This document shows positions 36,359 to 46,928 of a stretch of DNA of 64,000 bases, piece after piece. A program made the translations under genes and the position numbers. The stretch's first letter is position 1; each line of letters starts with the position of its first letter. The notes under the pieces are model-generated. The model ran no database searches, was not told the origin of the DNA, and saw nothing but the letters and a program-made list of their open reading frames with translations. Origin of the DNA: Parcubacteria group bacterium GW2011_GWE2_39_37 (GTDB lineage Bacteria; Patescibacteriota; Patescibacteriia; Patescibacteriales; GWE2-39-37); the NCBI GenBank assembly GCA_000995135.1, contig LBWY01000001.1, forward strand, positions 501 through 64,500, read 5' to 3'.

Positions 36359-37396
36359 TTATTCAATTTCCTTCGACTTCGTTTCAATGACTGACAATAT
36401 TTTTTTCCTGATCTGCTGCTGCAACTTTTTATCTGACTTTAAAAATCGTTTAGCCGTTTCTCTGCCTACACCGAATTTGATCTCTTCATAGGAATAACTG
36501 TTACCGGATTTTTTTATCACTTCATGTTCAACACCTATATCCAACAAATCTCCTGAAATTGAAATTCCCTCATTATACATAATATCGAATTCACAGGTTC
36601 TGAATGGTGCGGCCACTTTGTTTTTTACGATATTCACCTTAACTCGGTTACCGATGGTTTTTTCTGCTTGCTTGATTTGTGCCGCTCTGCGAACCTCGAT
36701 TCGTACCGAGCTATAAAATTTTAAAGCGTTACCGCCGGTGGTAGTTTCCGGGTTGCCGAAAAATACACCGATCTTCATACGGATTTGGTTGATAAAAATA
36801 ACCAGGGTTTTACTTTTCGAAATCACGCCGGTCAGTTTGCGCAAAGCCTGGCTCATCAGTCTGGCCTGCAAGCCCATATGAGAATCTCCCATATCACCCT
36901 CGATCTCCTTTTGCGGCACCAAGGCTGCCACGCTGTCTACCACAATAACATCAACGGCATTTGAACGTACCAATGTTTCTACGATCTCCAGGGCCTGCTC
37001 ACCAGTATCCGGCTGGGAAATAATCAAGTCTTTTATATTAACTCCGATTTTTACTGCGTAGTCCGGATCAAGAGCATGTTCAGCGTCTACAAAAGCCGCA
37101 ATCCCACCCAATTTCTGAGTTTCTGCAATTATGTGTTGAGCCAAAGTGGTCTTACCACTGGCCTCTGGACCGAATATTTCAATAATTCTGCCCCGGGGCA
37201 CGCCCCCAACTCCCAGTGCGATATCCAAAGATAGGCATCCGGTAGGAATCGCATCAACCTGGGCAGAACGGGCATCACCGAATTTCATAATCGAACCTTC
37301 GCCAAACTTACCTTTGATCTGTTCCATGGCCGCATTCACCATTTTAGATTTTTCATCATCTTCTTTACTATTTTTAGCCTTTTTTTCTTCAGACAT
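36359..37396 (-). CDS. recA: recombinase RecA
   Basis: GEGSIM, Walker [10 protein letters not shown] and [11 protein letters not shown]. Start placed at MSEEKK (internal Met of ORF 37447). Confidence 0.97.
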   Translation of the reverse strand: MSEEKKAKNSKEDDEKSKMVNAAMEQIKGKFGEGSIMKFGDARSAQVDAIPTGCLSLDIALGVGGVPRGRIIEIFGPEASGKTTLAQHIIAETQKLGGIAAFVDAEHALDPDYAVKIGVNIKDLIISQPDTGEQALEIVETLVRSNAVDVIVVDSVAALVPQKEIEGDMGDSHMGLQARLMSQALRKLTGVISKSKTLVIFINQIRMKIGVFFGNPETTTGGNALKFYSSVRIEVRRAAQIKQAEKTIGNRVKVNIVKNKVAAPFRTCEFDIMYNEGISISGDLLDIGVEHEVIKKSGNSYSYEEIKFGVGRETAKRFLKSDKKLQQQIRKKILSVIETKSKEIE

Positions 37397-37409
37397 ATAA
37401 TTCATAGAT

Positions 37410-37466
37410 ATATTGTTAAATTGTAATATTACTAATAAATCTAGCAATATAACAATTTAACAATAT
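37410..37466. promoter_or_regulatory. 15-bp perfect inverted repeat upstream of recA
   Basis: ATATTGTTAAATTGT - 27 nt - ACAATTTAACAATAT. Related to the 25-mers at 44846 and 55086. Confidence 0.4.
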
Positions 37467-37548
37467 TTAGGTTATAAAAAGGAGGATTGCTCCTCCTTTA
37501 AAATAATAGCATTTTCACCTTGTTCTGCCAATAACTCCAGGTGTTTTT

Positions 37549-38220
37549 TCATTCAACCAAAATTTGTTTTTTTATGGTGGCGCTTCTGCCGTATTTTTTT
37601 TGCGCGGTTATACTGATTATATTTATGCCTTTTTTCAAATCAACCTCTTTAACAAAACTTCCATTAGTGTCACTAATTACTGATTCACCATTAATTATCA
37701 GCTGACTTTCTGCCTCAGCAATCCCAGTAACGGATACTGATTTTTCTTTGGTAATCAAATTATCAGCCGGGGTTTGAATATTTAAAGATGGAACGGCTGT
37801 AATCTGTTTTAGACGATAACTTAAATAAAATAAACAGATGCCAACCACCACTACCAAAATAATGCTTTTGATAATTTTTGGCATAGCCAAAAGATGATGA
37901 GCCTTTACCACCTGTTTGGAAAAAAGTTCTCGCTGTTGTCTTTGATTGCTGCCCGCAGTTTCTTTTTCAAACATTTTCACCAATGGCCGATAATCAATTT
38001 TTAAATAAACGGCATATTCCCGCAAGAAATTCTTACCGTACACTCCTGCCGGCAAAAGATTAAAGTTTCCTTTCTCCAGCGCCTCCAGATATTTGAAGTT
38101 AATAGATATTTCCTTGGCAATTTTTTCCAATTTCAATCCAAGCTCCTGTCTTCTGCTCCGCAATTGTTCTGCAACAGTTTCAGAATCAAGAAAAATTTTT
38201 TTTTCTGTAAATATATTCAT
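37549..38220 (-). CDS. HTH-domain membrane protein, RodZ-like
   Basis: N-terminal XRE-type HTH (LGLKLEKIAKEISINFKYLEALEKG), one TM, and a beta-rich C-terminal domain. Confidence 0.55.
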   Translation of the reverse strand: MNIFTEKKIFLDSETVAEQLRSRRQELGLKLEKIAKEISINFKYLEALEKGNFNLLPAGVYGKNFLREYAVYLKIDYRPLVKMFEKETAGSNQRQQRELFSKQVVKAHHLLAMPKIIKSIILVVVVGICLFYLSYRLKQITAVPSLNIQTPADNLITKEKSVSVTGIAEAESQLIINGESVISDTNGSFVKEVDLKKGINIISITAQKKYGRSATIKKQILVE

Positions 38221-38227
38221 TGAAAAA

Positions 38228-38791
38228 TTATTTCATAATATCCCAAACTCCTGTACCAGTATTAGGATTTACATAGCCGACAGATTTTAAAACAAAACCA
38301 ACTATAATATAGCTGCTAAAAACAATCACTAAACCTACCACCGCCCCTGTGATAATACTCTTTGCCTTGGTCACCTTATCAGAACTGCCTTCAGAAATCA
38401 ACATCATAACACCGCCATAAATAAAGGCTAAAAGAGCAAGAGAACCAACGATTCCAAGAATCCAATTTGTAACATTTACGCCAAGCTGTAGAAAGTCATT
38501 CAAAGAATAATTCCCGCAGTTTGCCACTCCATCTTGGCAAGGATTTTTTCCTGTTTGAGCTGGCAAAATACCACCTTCAGAAACAGCTGTTGCTGGTTTA
38601 CAACATTCTTGATAATTTGCATCGCCTGGATTTGCCCCTGGACAAGCACCTCTCGCAACGCATGTATATGCGGAAGAGGGTTTTTGACAAGTTTCATCAG
38701 GTAAACAAGAGGCAGCCTTAATAATATTTATATTTAAGAAAAAAATAAAAAATACAAAAAAGCTAATTGAAAATTTAAAATATTTTGTCAT
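38228..38791 (-). CDS. Cys-rich secreted/membrane protein, TrbC/VirB2-like pilin type common in CPR
   Basis: Signal peptide, 10 Cys in about 75 aa, then two C-terminal TM helices separated by SEGSSDKVTKAK. Confidence 0.45.
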   Translation of the reverse strand: MTKYFKFSISFFVFFIFFLNINIIKAASCLPDETCQKPSSAYTCVARGACPGANPGDANYQECCKPATAVSEGGILPAQTGKNPCQDGVANCGNYSLNDFLQLGVNVTNWILGIVGSLALLAFIYGGVMMLISEGSSDKVTKAKSIITGAVVGLVIVFSSYIIVGFVLKSVGYVNPNTGTGVWDIMK

Positions 38792-38797
38792 TTGTTT

Positions 38798-38825
38798 GAA
38801 AATTGAAAATTGAAAATTGAAAATT
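38798..38825. repeat. GAAAATT x4 tandem repeat
   Basis: Direct reading of the sequence. It is part of an AT-rich low-complexity spacer. Confidence 0.8.
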
Positions 38826-38893
38826 TCAATCAGAAATTTTAAAATTTACAATTTTTAAAACAAATATTTAATTAAAACTACAAACTACTAATA

Positions 38894-40288
38894 TCACTTC
38901 ACCGTCTGCTGGACTCTTCTGGCTGCTAAATTTATTGATTCTTCGATAGACGCTCCGGCATTAACACTATCCACCATCTCATGGATTATTTTTTCTTCTG
39001 CACTGGCACCCTTGCCATGATACCAGCTCTTGGCGGTCAATACTTGCTCGGCAAAGACTCCGATATCTTGATCTTCAATTTGCTTATCGACTAATGCGCG
39101 CAAAGCGGTCGGCTTTTTGGTTTTATCTAGATAGCTTTTTACCTGCTCTGCTTTGGTTATGAATTGGATAAAATCCCAAGACTCATCAATATACTTACTT
39201 TTTTTAGAAACTGACTCTACCCAATAATTTGCAAAATTCATCGTCTTGCCGCTGTTTTCAATTTGCGGTAATTTTGCCACTGCAAAATTAAGTTTCGGCG
39301 CATCCGCCCTGATTATCGGCAAATGATATGCATAACCAAACATTATTGCCAGATTATTCTGAGTAAACATCTTTAATGAATTATCCAGCTCTTTGTTCCA
39401 ACTATAGACTTCTTTTGCGGGGTTGGCAAAATCGGTATAAAACCTTAGTGCTTCTAAGCCTGGATTGTATTGGTCGGAGTGCCCTGGCGGGATAGTGTTG
39501 AACATTACCTGTTCATTCTCGTTCATCATCACGGCTCCATTTTGCATCATCAATACAGAAAGGATGTCATTGGCTCTTTCAACATTCGTGCTGCCGCCCA
39601 AAGCGACTCCCGATTGAATTATTTCTCCTTTGGTATTCTGTTTGGTCAGTTTTTTTACATATTGCTGAAAGATCCTGTTCCAATAAGCAGGCGGCTCTGC
39701 TATGCCACCGTTGTTAAATAAGTCTTTATTATAAAACATCGCCAATGTATCAACAAAAAGCGGCAGACCAAAAACCCTATCTTTGCTAGTGCCAGTTTTT
39801 TCATCATTTACTTTTATGACAACATCACTAGTGACGACATCAACAAAGTTGTTCTTTAGCTCTTTCAAGCTCAAGCTTTTATTAGTCCTCATTTCGATGA
39901 TTGTCTCTTTTTTGATCGTACCTTTTATCACGGGGTAGGCCATGGTAATGGAATCCGGCATCGGCGCGATCTTGTTTTCATAATTTTTCATCCAAGTATT
40001 AGGAATAGAAAAAATATCTGGACCTCGATCTTCTGACAAAGCATTGATCAACTCCTGTTCATATTCATCATATCTGAATTTACGATATTCGATATTGATA
40101 TTCGGATGAATCTTTTGGTAATTAGCGATCATCTCCGTGAAAGCGTCTTCATCATCCCAGACTCGCCAATAAGAAAGCGTGATTGGCTTCATCGCTTCTT
40201 TTACTTCTTTGCTTTGTAGCTTGCAACCGAAGCCGGAAGTTAATACAAAAATATTCAACAAAAAAATGACAATAATCTTTTTTCTCAT
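38894..40288 (-). CDS. ABC transporter extracellular solute-binding lipoprotein (family 1, sugar-type)
   Basis: Lipobox-like SGFGC and an about 460-aa SBP_bac_1-like composition. No permease or ATPase gene is adjacent. Confidence 0.7.
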   Translation of the reverse strand: MRKKIIVIFLLNIFVLTSGFGCKLQSKEVKEAMKPITLSYWRVWDDEDAFTEMIANYQKIHPNINIEYRKFRYDEYEQELINALSEDRGPDIFSIPNTWMKNYENKIAPMPDSITMAYPVIKGTIKKETIIEMRTNKSLSLKELKNNFVDVVTSDVVIKVNDEKTGTSKDRVFGLPLFVDTLAMFYNKDLFNNGGIAEPPAYWNRIFQQYVKKLTKQNTKGEIIQSGVALGGSTNVERANDILSVLMMQNGAVMMNENEQVMFNTIPPGHSDQYNPGLEALRFYTDFANPAKEVYSWNKELDNSLKMFTQNNLAIMFGYAYHLPIIRADAPKLNFAVAKLPQIENSGKTMNFANYWVESVSKKSKYIDESWDFIQFITKAEQVKSYLDKTKKPTALRALVDKQIEDQDIGVFAEQVLTAKSWYHGKGASAEEKIIHEMVDSVNAGASIEESINLAARRVQQTVK

Positions 40289-40439
40289 GTTTATATATTA
40301 TCTAATATTAAATCAAAATTTAAAATTTAAAATTCAAAACTACAATTTAAAATTCAAAATTTTAATTTTCAACTTAGTGCAATTTTTTCTTTATCTATTG
40401 ATTATCTTCATAATAGCATAAAAATCAGCAAAAAAAAAT

Positions 40440-41960
40440 TTATTCTACCTTCGGTCTATACTGGATCGCTTCAGCCACATGAGGAGTCAGTATTTTTTCC
40501 TCACCAGATAGATCTGCGATCGTTCTGGCAAGTTTAAGAATCCGGAAATAAGCTCTGGCTGATAGATGTAGCCTGTCTACTGCATTGCGTAAAAGTACGG
40601 CGGAATTATCATCTGTCGAACAAAACCTTTTCACCATTTCCGAGGACATATCCGAATTTGTAATGCATTTCGTGCCTGCAAATCTTTTTTGTTGGATCAC
40701 CCTAGCTTTTTCAACTCTTAATTTTATTGTTTTTGAGTCTTCGGTTTTTTGCTGTTCTGTTAATTTTTCGAAGTGCAGTCTGGGGACTTCGATGTGCATA
40801 TCGATTCTATCAAGAATCGGTCCGGAAATTTTTTTCTTATAGTTTATAACTTGTGACTGCGAGCAGAGACAATCTTTTTCTTGATCGTTGGCGTAGCCGC
40901 AAGGACATGGATTCATCGCAGCGATCAGCACGAACTTTGCCGGAAAGGTCAGATTGCCAGCAGCCCGGCTTACATTTATAATCCCGTCCTCTAGTGGCTG
41001 ACGTAAATTTTCCAAGGTCTGCCTGGAAAATTCAGCGAATTCATCTAAAAATAAAACTCCGCGATGAGCCAAGGAGATTTCACCCGGCCTCGGCCAAGTA
41101 CCGCCCCCGACCAACGCCACACCAGAGGTCGTATGATGCGGTGCACGGAACGGCCTGCTTGTTATCAATGAATCATTATTAGCCAACATTCCGGCTACGC
41201 TATAGATTTTAGTCAGTTCAAGCGCTTCATCTAAAATCAGGTCAGGCAATATCGATGGCAAAGTCCTGGCAATCAATGTCTTGCCAGAGCCTGGAGGGCC
41301 GCTCATCAAAATATTGTGAGCACCGGCGGCAGCGATTTCCATCGCACGCTTCACGTGTTCTTGCCCCCTGATATGAGACATGTCATTTAGTATCTCTGCA
41401 TTGGAAAAATTTAAGCTACCAGACTCTTTCGCTGTTATCAGGCTTATGTTTTCAAGATGGTCAGCCAATTCCTTTAAATTTTCTACTGGTATCACCTCAA
41501 GGCCATCAGCTAATTTTGCCTCGGCAGCATTTTCCTTTGGCACAAAAATTGTCCTGATTCCTTTTTTTTCTGCAGTTAAGGCAATGGACAAAACACCATT
41601 AATGGGACGTAGGTCGCCATTTAATGCGAGTTCACCCACGAATAAGCATTTCTCTAAATCAACTTTTGGCCTGATTTTTTCCGTCGCCTTAAGTACGCTG
41701 ATAGCAATCGGTAAATCATAGCTAGGGCCCTGTTTTCTTAAATCCGCCGGAGCGAGATTTACGGTCACCTTGATTTTTGGAAAATCAAAACCGGAGTTCT
41801 TGATAGCGCTCCTTACTCTTTCCTTTGATTCTTGAACCGCTGTATCAGGCAGGCCAACAATCGCGAAAGAACCAAGCTGGCCGCCGCCGGTATCCGCCTC
41901 GGCCTCAACCAACTCGGCATCCAAGCCTAGGCAAGCCGCTGATAGAATTTTTGAGGGCAT
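40440..41960 (-). CDS. comM: YifB/ComM family Mg-chelatase-like AAA ATPase
   Basis: Lon-like N-terminus, Walker A GPPGSGKT, LFLDE, and a C-terminal LLKLARTIADL-like segment. Confidence 0.9.
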   Translation of the reverse strand: MPSKILSAACLGLDAELVEAEADTGGGQLGSFAIVGLPDTAVQESKERVRSAIKNSGFDFPKIKVTVNLAPADLRKQGPSYDLPIAISVLKATEKIRPKVDLEKCLFVGELALNGDLRPINGVLSIALTAEKKGIRTIFVPKENAAEAKLADGLEVIPVENLKELADHLENISLITAKESGSLNFSNAEILNDMSHIRGQEHVKRAMEIAAAGAHNILMSGPPGSGKTLIARTLPSILPDLILDEALELTKIYSVAGMLANNDSLITSRPFRAPHHTTSGVALVGGGTWPRPGEISLAHRGVLFLDEFAEFSRQTLENLRQPLEDGIINVSRAAGNLTFPAKFVLIAAMNPCPCGYANDQEKDCLCSQSQVINYKKKISGPILDRIDMHIEVPRLHFEKLTEQQKTEDSKTIKLRVEKARVIQQKRFAGTKCITNSDMSSEMVKRFCSTDDNSAVLLRNAVDRLHLSARAYFRILKLARTIADLSGEEKILTPHVAEAIQYRPKVE

Positions 41961-42035
41961 GGAAAAATTAAAATTATAACTTCTTATTTCTAAATTTATT
42001 AAAAATTAAAAAATCAGAAATTAAGACAAATAAAT

Positions 42036-44675
42036 TTACTCTTTAGCTTTTACTTCTTCTAATTTTATGCTCAAAAGTCTGGACACGCCATCGTCGCCCA
42101 TGGTAACGCCATAAAGAACATTGGCACGGCGCATACTGGCACGGTTATGAGTGATAACGATAAATTGAGTCTTATAGGAAAGGTCATCAAGAATTTTGGC
42201 CAAGCGTTCAGAGTTGGCCTCATCCAGGGCGGCATCGACCTCATCCAAAACAACGAATGGAGAAGGATTCACATTGATAATGGCGCAGATCAGGGCAATG
42301 GCAGTCAAGGCGCGTTCTCCACCGGAAAGCATCGCTACTGATTTTATCTTTTTGCCCGGAGGAGTGGCTTGGATTTCGATTCCGGCCAAACCGGTGGCAT
42401 TATATTTTTGTAAATATTTTATCTTCTTATAATTTTCGTTAACCGGCATTTCGATCTTTTTTTCCTTAGCCTCATTGTCCGCTTGGGGCAAGTTTGCCGA
42501 GTCAGCAGGGTCTTCCTCAGTATCGATAACCTTAATAATTTTTGCCGTTCCACCATTAAACAGAATTTTGAAATATTCTTCGAACTTGACTGATATCACT
42601 TTAAACTCCTTATCAAATTTTTCTTTAATCACCACATCCAGTTCTTTGATTACTTTTTCCAGAGAACCGATTGCCGATTCCAAATCATTGATCTGGTTGG
42701 TCAAGAAATCAAAACGTTCTTTTGTTTCAATATATTCTTTTTCAATTTCCGGATCTATGCCACCGATCAAGTCCAGCTGTTTCTTCAAACTGGTAATCTT
42801 GTCATTCAATAAATCAATTTCTACGTGGCCTTCGCCTCTGGTCTGTTGGATTTCTTTAAGACTGCCAAATTCATGTCGTATCTCGTTTTCCAGATCCTCT
42901 AGCCTCGTTTCATAGCGAGTAGAATTGATTTTCAAATTATTTGCCTCTTCAGAAATTTTATTTAACTCTATTTGCAGGCCATGGATGTTGGATTGTACTT
43001 CAAAAATTTGTGCTCGTTCTGTTGCCTCCTTCTGCGAAATGGAAGAAATTTTTTCTTTTATCTTCTCAATTTCCGCTTCTAAACTTGCAAGTTCTGCCTG
43101 CAACTTGCCTTGCTCTTCACCCACATCTCCCAAGTCAAGTTTGTGCTGATGTTGTTTCAATTTATTTTCAATGCTCGAAATCTCTTGCCGGATCTGCTGT
43201 CTTTTTTCCAAAAGCATCTTTTGTCTTTCATTCTGTGCCATAGAAGCAGAAATTTTTTGATTCAACTCTAAGGTTATTTCTTCCCGCAGTTCCGTCAGTT
43301 TAATCAATTCGACATGCACGGTTTCTAATTTTTCTCCTTGATTATATTTACCCGACAGCTCCAAGATGCTTTTCAAGTCAGTTTTTATTTCCGTTAAAAT
43401 GATTTTTACCTGATCAAAATCTGCCTCTAGCTCCGCCTGCTCTAATTTGCTGAAAAGTTTTTTTAAATCCTGATTGATTTTATTGATTTCATCATCGCCG
43501 ATTACGGCATTATTTTTGATCATGCTATTGTTCAATTCTCGGATCTGGTTGTTCAGCTGAGCTTTTTGATCCACCAAGGCTTGCTCTCCCGCCTTTTGAC
43601 TATTGGCAATTTCTTTCAAATTATTGATTTCATTTTCTAGTATTTTTGCTTCCTTATTCAGTTCTTCATTTTTGTTCTTCAGCCAAGACAAATCAAACTG
43701 ACCGCCTGCCTCCAGCTTTATCTCAAGCTGTGCATCGATTTTGGCCAATTGTCTGGTTATCTGATCTTTTTGATTTTGCAATCGGACTAGCTGTGACTGT
43801 AATTCATTGAATTCCTGCGCCACTCCTTGTTGTCGCTGGATTTGTCCTAATTTTTGATTCAAATTTTCTAATTTTTTATCCTTTTCGATTTTTATCTTTT
43901 CCAATTGTAAAAAGTCCTGATTGAATTTATTAAATTTATCATTGATGTCGTGCCAGATATTGCGATAATAAATCAGCTGCAGTTCTTTTAATTCGCTTTC
44001 TAGCTCGCCACGCCGTTGTAATTTATTGACTTGTTTGGTTAGGCCTCGCAATCTGGGCTCGATTTCAACCAAAATCATCTGAGCCTGATTGAGGTTTTCA
44101 TAGCTGGCCAAAAGCTTGTTCAAAGAATCATCCCGCTTGATCTGGAACTGTTTTACTCCTGTTGCCTCATCAAAGAATTCCTTTCTTTCAGATAACGAAG
44201 TGTTCAGAAAGCCTTCGACCATTCCTTGGCCGATTACGCTATATGTTTTTTGCCCAAAGCTGGCTTTGGCCAACAACATTTGGATATCGCCTAGCCTGAC
44301 CCTGCTATTATTGATCAGGTATTCACTATTGCCATCACGAAATAGCCTTCGCGTTAAAACTACCTGGCCGTAATCGATCGGCGCCCTTCCGTCTTCGTTA
44401 TTTAAAAATAAAGAGACCTCTGCCATACTTAGTTTGCTTTTCTTGTCTGAGCCGGAAAAAATCACGTCTTCAGATTTTTTGCCGCGCAAAGTCTTCATAC
44501 TCTGTTCTCCTAACACCCAGCGAACCGCGTCAGCAGCATTTGATTTGCCGGAACCATTCGGCCCCACAATCGCGGTTATGCCTCGTTTTTCTTCGCCAAG
44601 CATGCCAGGAAAAACCAAAGTATTCTTGTTAGCAAAAGATTTAAAGCCTTGTATTTCTAATTTCTCTAAAAACAT
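42036..44675 (-). CDS. smc: SMC chromosome segregation ATPase, short form with no recognisable hinge
   Basis: Canonical head (GPNGSGKSN; LSGGERALTAIAL; VLDEVDAALD). Only 879 aa, with an uninterrupted coiled coil between the heads. Confidence 0.85.
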   Translation of the reverse strand: MFLEKLEIQGFKSFANKNTLVFPGMLGEEKRGITAIVGPNGSGKSNAADAVRWVLGEQSMKTLRGKKSEDVIFSGSDKKSKLSMAEVSLFLNNEDGRAPIDYGQVVLTRRLFRDGNSEYLINNSRVRLGDIQMLLAKASFGQKTYSVIGQGMVEGFLNTSLSERKEFFDEATGVKQFQIKRDDSLNKLLASYENLNQAQMILVEIEPRLRGLTKQVNKLQRRGELESELKELQLIYYRNIWHDINDKFNKFNQDFLQLEKIKIEKDKKLENLNQKLGQIQRQQGVAQEFNELQSQLVRLQNQKDQITRQLAKIDAQLEIKLEAGGQFDLSWLKNKNEELNKEAKILENEINNLKEIANSQKAGEQALVDQKAQLNNQIRELNNSMIKNNAVIGDDEINKINQDLKKLFSKLEQAELEADFDQVKIILTEIKTDLKSILELSGKYNQGEKLETVHVELIKLTELREEITLELNQKISASMAQNERQKMLLEKRQQIRQEISSIENKLKQHQHKLDLGDVGEEQGKLQAELASLEAEIEKIKEKISSISQKEATERAQIFEVQSNIHGLQIELNKISEEANNLKINSTRYETRLEDLENEIRHEFGSLKEIQQTRGEGHVEIDLLNDKITSLKKQLDLIGGIDPEIEKEYIETKERFDFLTNQINDLESAIGSLEKVIKELDVVIKEKFDKEFKVISVKFEEYFKILFNGGTAKIIKVIDTEEDPADSANLPQADNEAKEKKIEMPVNENYKKIKYLQKYNATGLAGIEIQATPPGKKIKSVAMLSGGERALTAIALICAIINVNPSPFVVLDEVDAALDEANSERLAKILDDLSYKTQFIVITHNRASMRRANVLYGVTMGDDGVSRLLSIKLEEVKAKE

Positions 44676-44845
44676 AAAAAAATAATAACAATTTTGCTAT
44701 TTATAAAACTAATAACATTATACAATATTTTCTTTAATAACCAAAATTTTATGTTATATTGCTTTATTGTTTCATTGCTTCCTTAATTGTCTCGCCTGAC
44801 TACGCATAATACAGTGCGTTTCATCTAACAACATCTCTTACAATT

Positions 44846-44870
44846 TTAACAATATAGCAATTTAACAATT
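44846..44870. repeat. 25-mer TTAACAATATAGCAATTTAACAATT, copy 1
   Basis: Identical to 55086-55110. Lies upstream of smc. Confidence 0.7.
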
Positions 44871-45088
44871 TAACAACAAAAAGACACCGATAACGGCGCC
44901 TTCTTGATTCCCCATGCTCACCCTATCACCAAGAGTGATAAAGTAAGAAAGGGAGCTGTATTAATTTGCCAGTCTTTTGTAGCTGTTAAATTAGTATAGC
45001 TTTCTTTTTGTTTTTGTTTTTCTCAAGCTTTTAGCTTTTTAAAAAGCTTTTTATATAAATTGTAGCGCTTTTTATCTTGGCTACAGTT

Positions 45089-45436
45089 TTAAACAATTTT
45101 TATACTCGTTTCCTGACTCAAACTTTCTAAGTGATAGATCTTTTGGCTGTCTTGAAATTTTGCACTTGCTTGATTGCTTACCGTTGTCTGATAGGCGATG
45201 CTCAGCAATTGAGCGCTGACCAAGGAAATAAAAAAAGCAATGGACAAGCTTAGTACGAGTCCAGACATGCTGAACTCCTGCTCCATTGCTTTCTTTTTAA
45301 TAGAATTGTAAGACTTCCAAGTCAGATGACCTAATTGGTTTAAGCCATATCTATGCTTTTTCATTTTTTTTGTTTTTATTTTTGAAGATTCACACAGCTT
45401 TTTGCCGAATGAATACTTATAAATACAGTATAGCAA
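45089..45436 (-). CDS. small membrane protein (probably only the last about 59 codons are used)
   Basis: GGAGCAGGAG precedes an internal ATG at about 45268 (MSGLVLSLSIAFFISL..., one TM). The N-terminal part of the ORF looks non-coding. Confidence 0.35.
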   Translation of the reverse strand: MLYCIYKYSFGKKLCESSKIKTKKMKKHRYGLNQLGHLTWKSYNSIKKKAMEQEFSMSGLVLSLSIAFFISLVSAQLLSIAYQTTVSNQASAKFQDSQKIYHLESLSQETSIKIV

Positions 45437-45473
45437 AACATTGATATTTTGTCAATGTGTATAACTTAACTTA

Positions 45474-46928
45474 TTATTTAATTTTAGCTAATTTATTATA
45501 GAGTTTTATATATTCCTTAGCCGATTTATGCCATGAAAAATCTTTTTTCATACCTTTTTGAATCAACTTATTCCAAGCTTTTGGTTGTGAGTGATAGAGG
45601 TCAATAGCCTTGGACAATGTTTCATATAGAACATTTGAATTAAACTTTGAAAAACTGAAGCCGACGCTTGAATCAACCGTGTCTGCCAAACCTCCTGTTG
45701 TCCGAACAACCGGCACCGTACCATAACGCATAGCTATCAGCTGTCCCAGCCCACAGGGTTCAAACAAAGAGGGCATCAAGAACATGTCTGCTCCGGCATA
45801 AATTCGCTGAGCCAGGCCAACGTCAAACTTTATCTGTGCGCTAAATTTTCCTGGAAATTTTTTTGCTAGCGTGAGCAAGTGTTCTTCAGTTTCCTTTTGT
45901 CCAGTGCCTAAAAAAACAAATTGGCAGTCTAAGTCAGCAAATTTTTCAGTAACTAATTCGATCCCTTTCTGCCAAACCAAACGCGAAACCAAGCCTATCA
46001 TGAGCTTATTTTGATCCTGCTCTAAGCCGAGCTCTTTTTGAAGATAAAGCTTGTTTAATTTCTTTTTTTGTAAACTGCCGGATGAATAATTATATTTGAT
46101 AAACTTGTCTTTCTGGGGGTTGAAAAAATCGACATCAATACCATTGATTATGCCGGACAAATCATTCTTTCTGGTCTTTAGAAGTTTTTCCAAGCCGGCA
46201 CCGTATTCTTTAGTCAAAATTTCCTTTGCATAAGTGGGGCTAACAGTATTGATCAAATTGCCATTGGCAATACCTTGCTGCATAAAATTCAGCTGACCAT
46301 CTTCTAAATCTTTTTTTATAGAAGGTAATAGGGAACTAAGCTTTGCCAGATCGGTGACATTTTGCTCGGCTATTCCTTGATTGGCCAGGTTATGGATAGT
46401 GTAGAGAGTTTTTACATTTTGAAAGAAAGGATCATTCTGATAGAGACCTTTTAGATAATCTGTAATCACTGCTACATGCCAATCATGGCAATGAATAACA
46501 TCCGGCTGCCAATCCAAACTTTTTACTGCTTCGAGTGATGCATGAGAGAAAAAAGCAAAACGTTTAATGTCATTAGGCATTCTAGTGTATTTTTTATCCA
46601 ATTGCACTCTTCCGCCTTCATAAATATTCTTGCCAGAAAAATATCTGTGCTTGATCAAGATGATTTTGACGGAACTGCCAGGCAGAATAGTTTCCCAAAG
46701 ACTAATCGACTGTCTTACACCTTCAGAAATAAAAGAAACTTTATCAATTATTTTTTTTATTTTGTAGGTCTTGTCATTTATAAAACCGTAATATGGTAAA
46801 ATTATTTTTACCTCGCATCCAAGATCAGCCAATGCCTTCGGCAATGCGCCAATAACGTCACCAAGCCCTCCTGCCTTGGCAATCGGCGTAAGCTCTGCCG
46901 CAACCATTAATATTTTCTTTTTTTTCAT
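45474..46928 (-). CDS. glgA: glycogen/starch synthase (GT5), paralogue 1
   Basis: KAGGLGDV motif, CHDWH and about 484 aa. Confidence 0.85.
   Translation of the reverse strand: MKKKKILMVAAELTPIAKAGGLGDVIGALPKALADLGCEVKIILPYYGFINDKTYKIKKIIDKVSFISEGVRQSISLWETILPGSSVKIILIKHRYFSGKNIYEGGRVQLDKKYTRMPNDIKRFAFFSHASLEAVKSLDWQPDVIHCHDWHVAVITDYLKGLYQNDPFFQNVKTLYTIHNLANQGIAEQNVTDLAKLSSLLPSIKKDLEDGQLNFMQQGIANGNLINTVSPTYAKEILTKEYGAGLEKLLKTRKNDLSGIINGIDVDFFNPQKDKFIKYNYSSGSLQKKKLNKLYLQKELGLEQDQNKLMIGLVSRLVWQKGIELVTEKFADLDCQFVFLGTGQKETEEHLLTLAKKFPGKFSAQIKFDVGLAQRIYAGADMFLMPSLFEPCGLGQLIAMRYGTVPVVRTTGGLADTVDSSVGFSFSKFNSNVLYETLSKAIDLYHSQPKAWNKLIQKGMKKDFSWHKSAKEYIKLYNKLAKIK

Noticed and set aside
36231-36491. 86-aa plus-strand ORF (..LPRYARNDK..)
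   Set aside because: It runs through the palindromic repeat element and then antisense into the recA 3' end. This is a typical repeat-derived pseudo-ORF.
38798-38870. AT-rich tandem repeats as a CRISPR array
   Set aside because: The units are 7 nt with no spacers, no repeat of CRISPR length, and no cas genes in the window.
42071-44685. Numerous ORFs on both strands inside smc (e.g. 42475..42915, 42941..43243, 44116..44373)
   Set aside because: They overlap a long, well-supported SMC reading frame. Coiled-coil codon periodicity commonly leaves alternative frames open.
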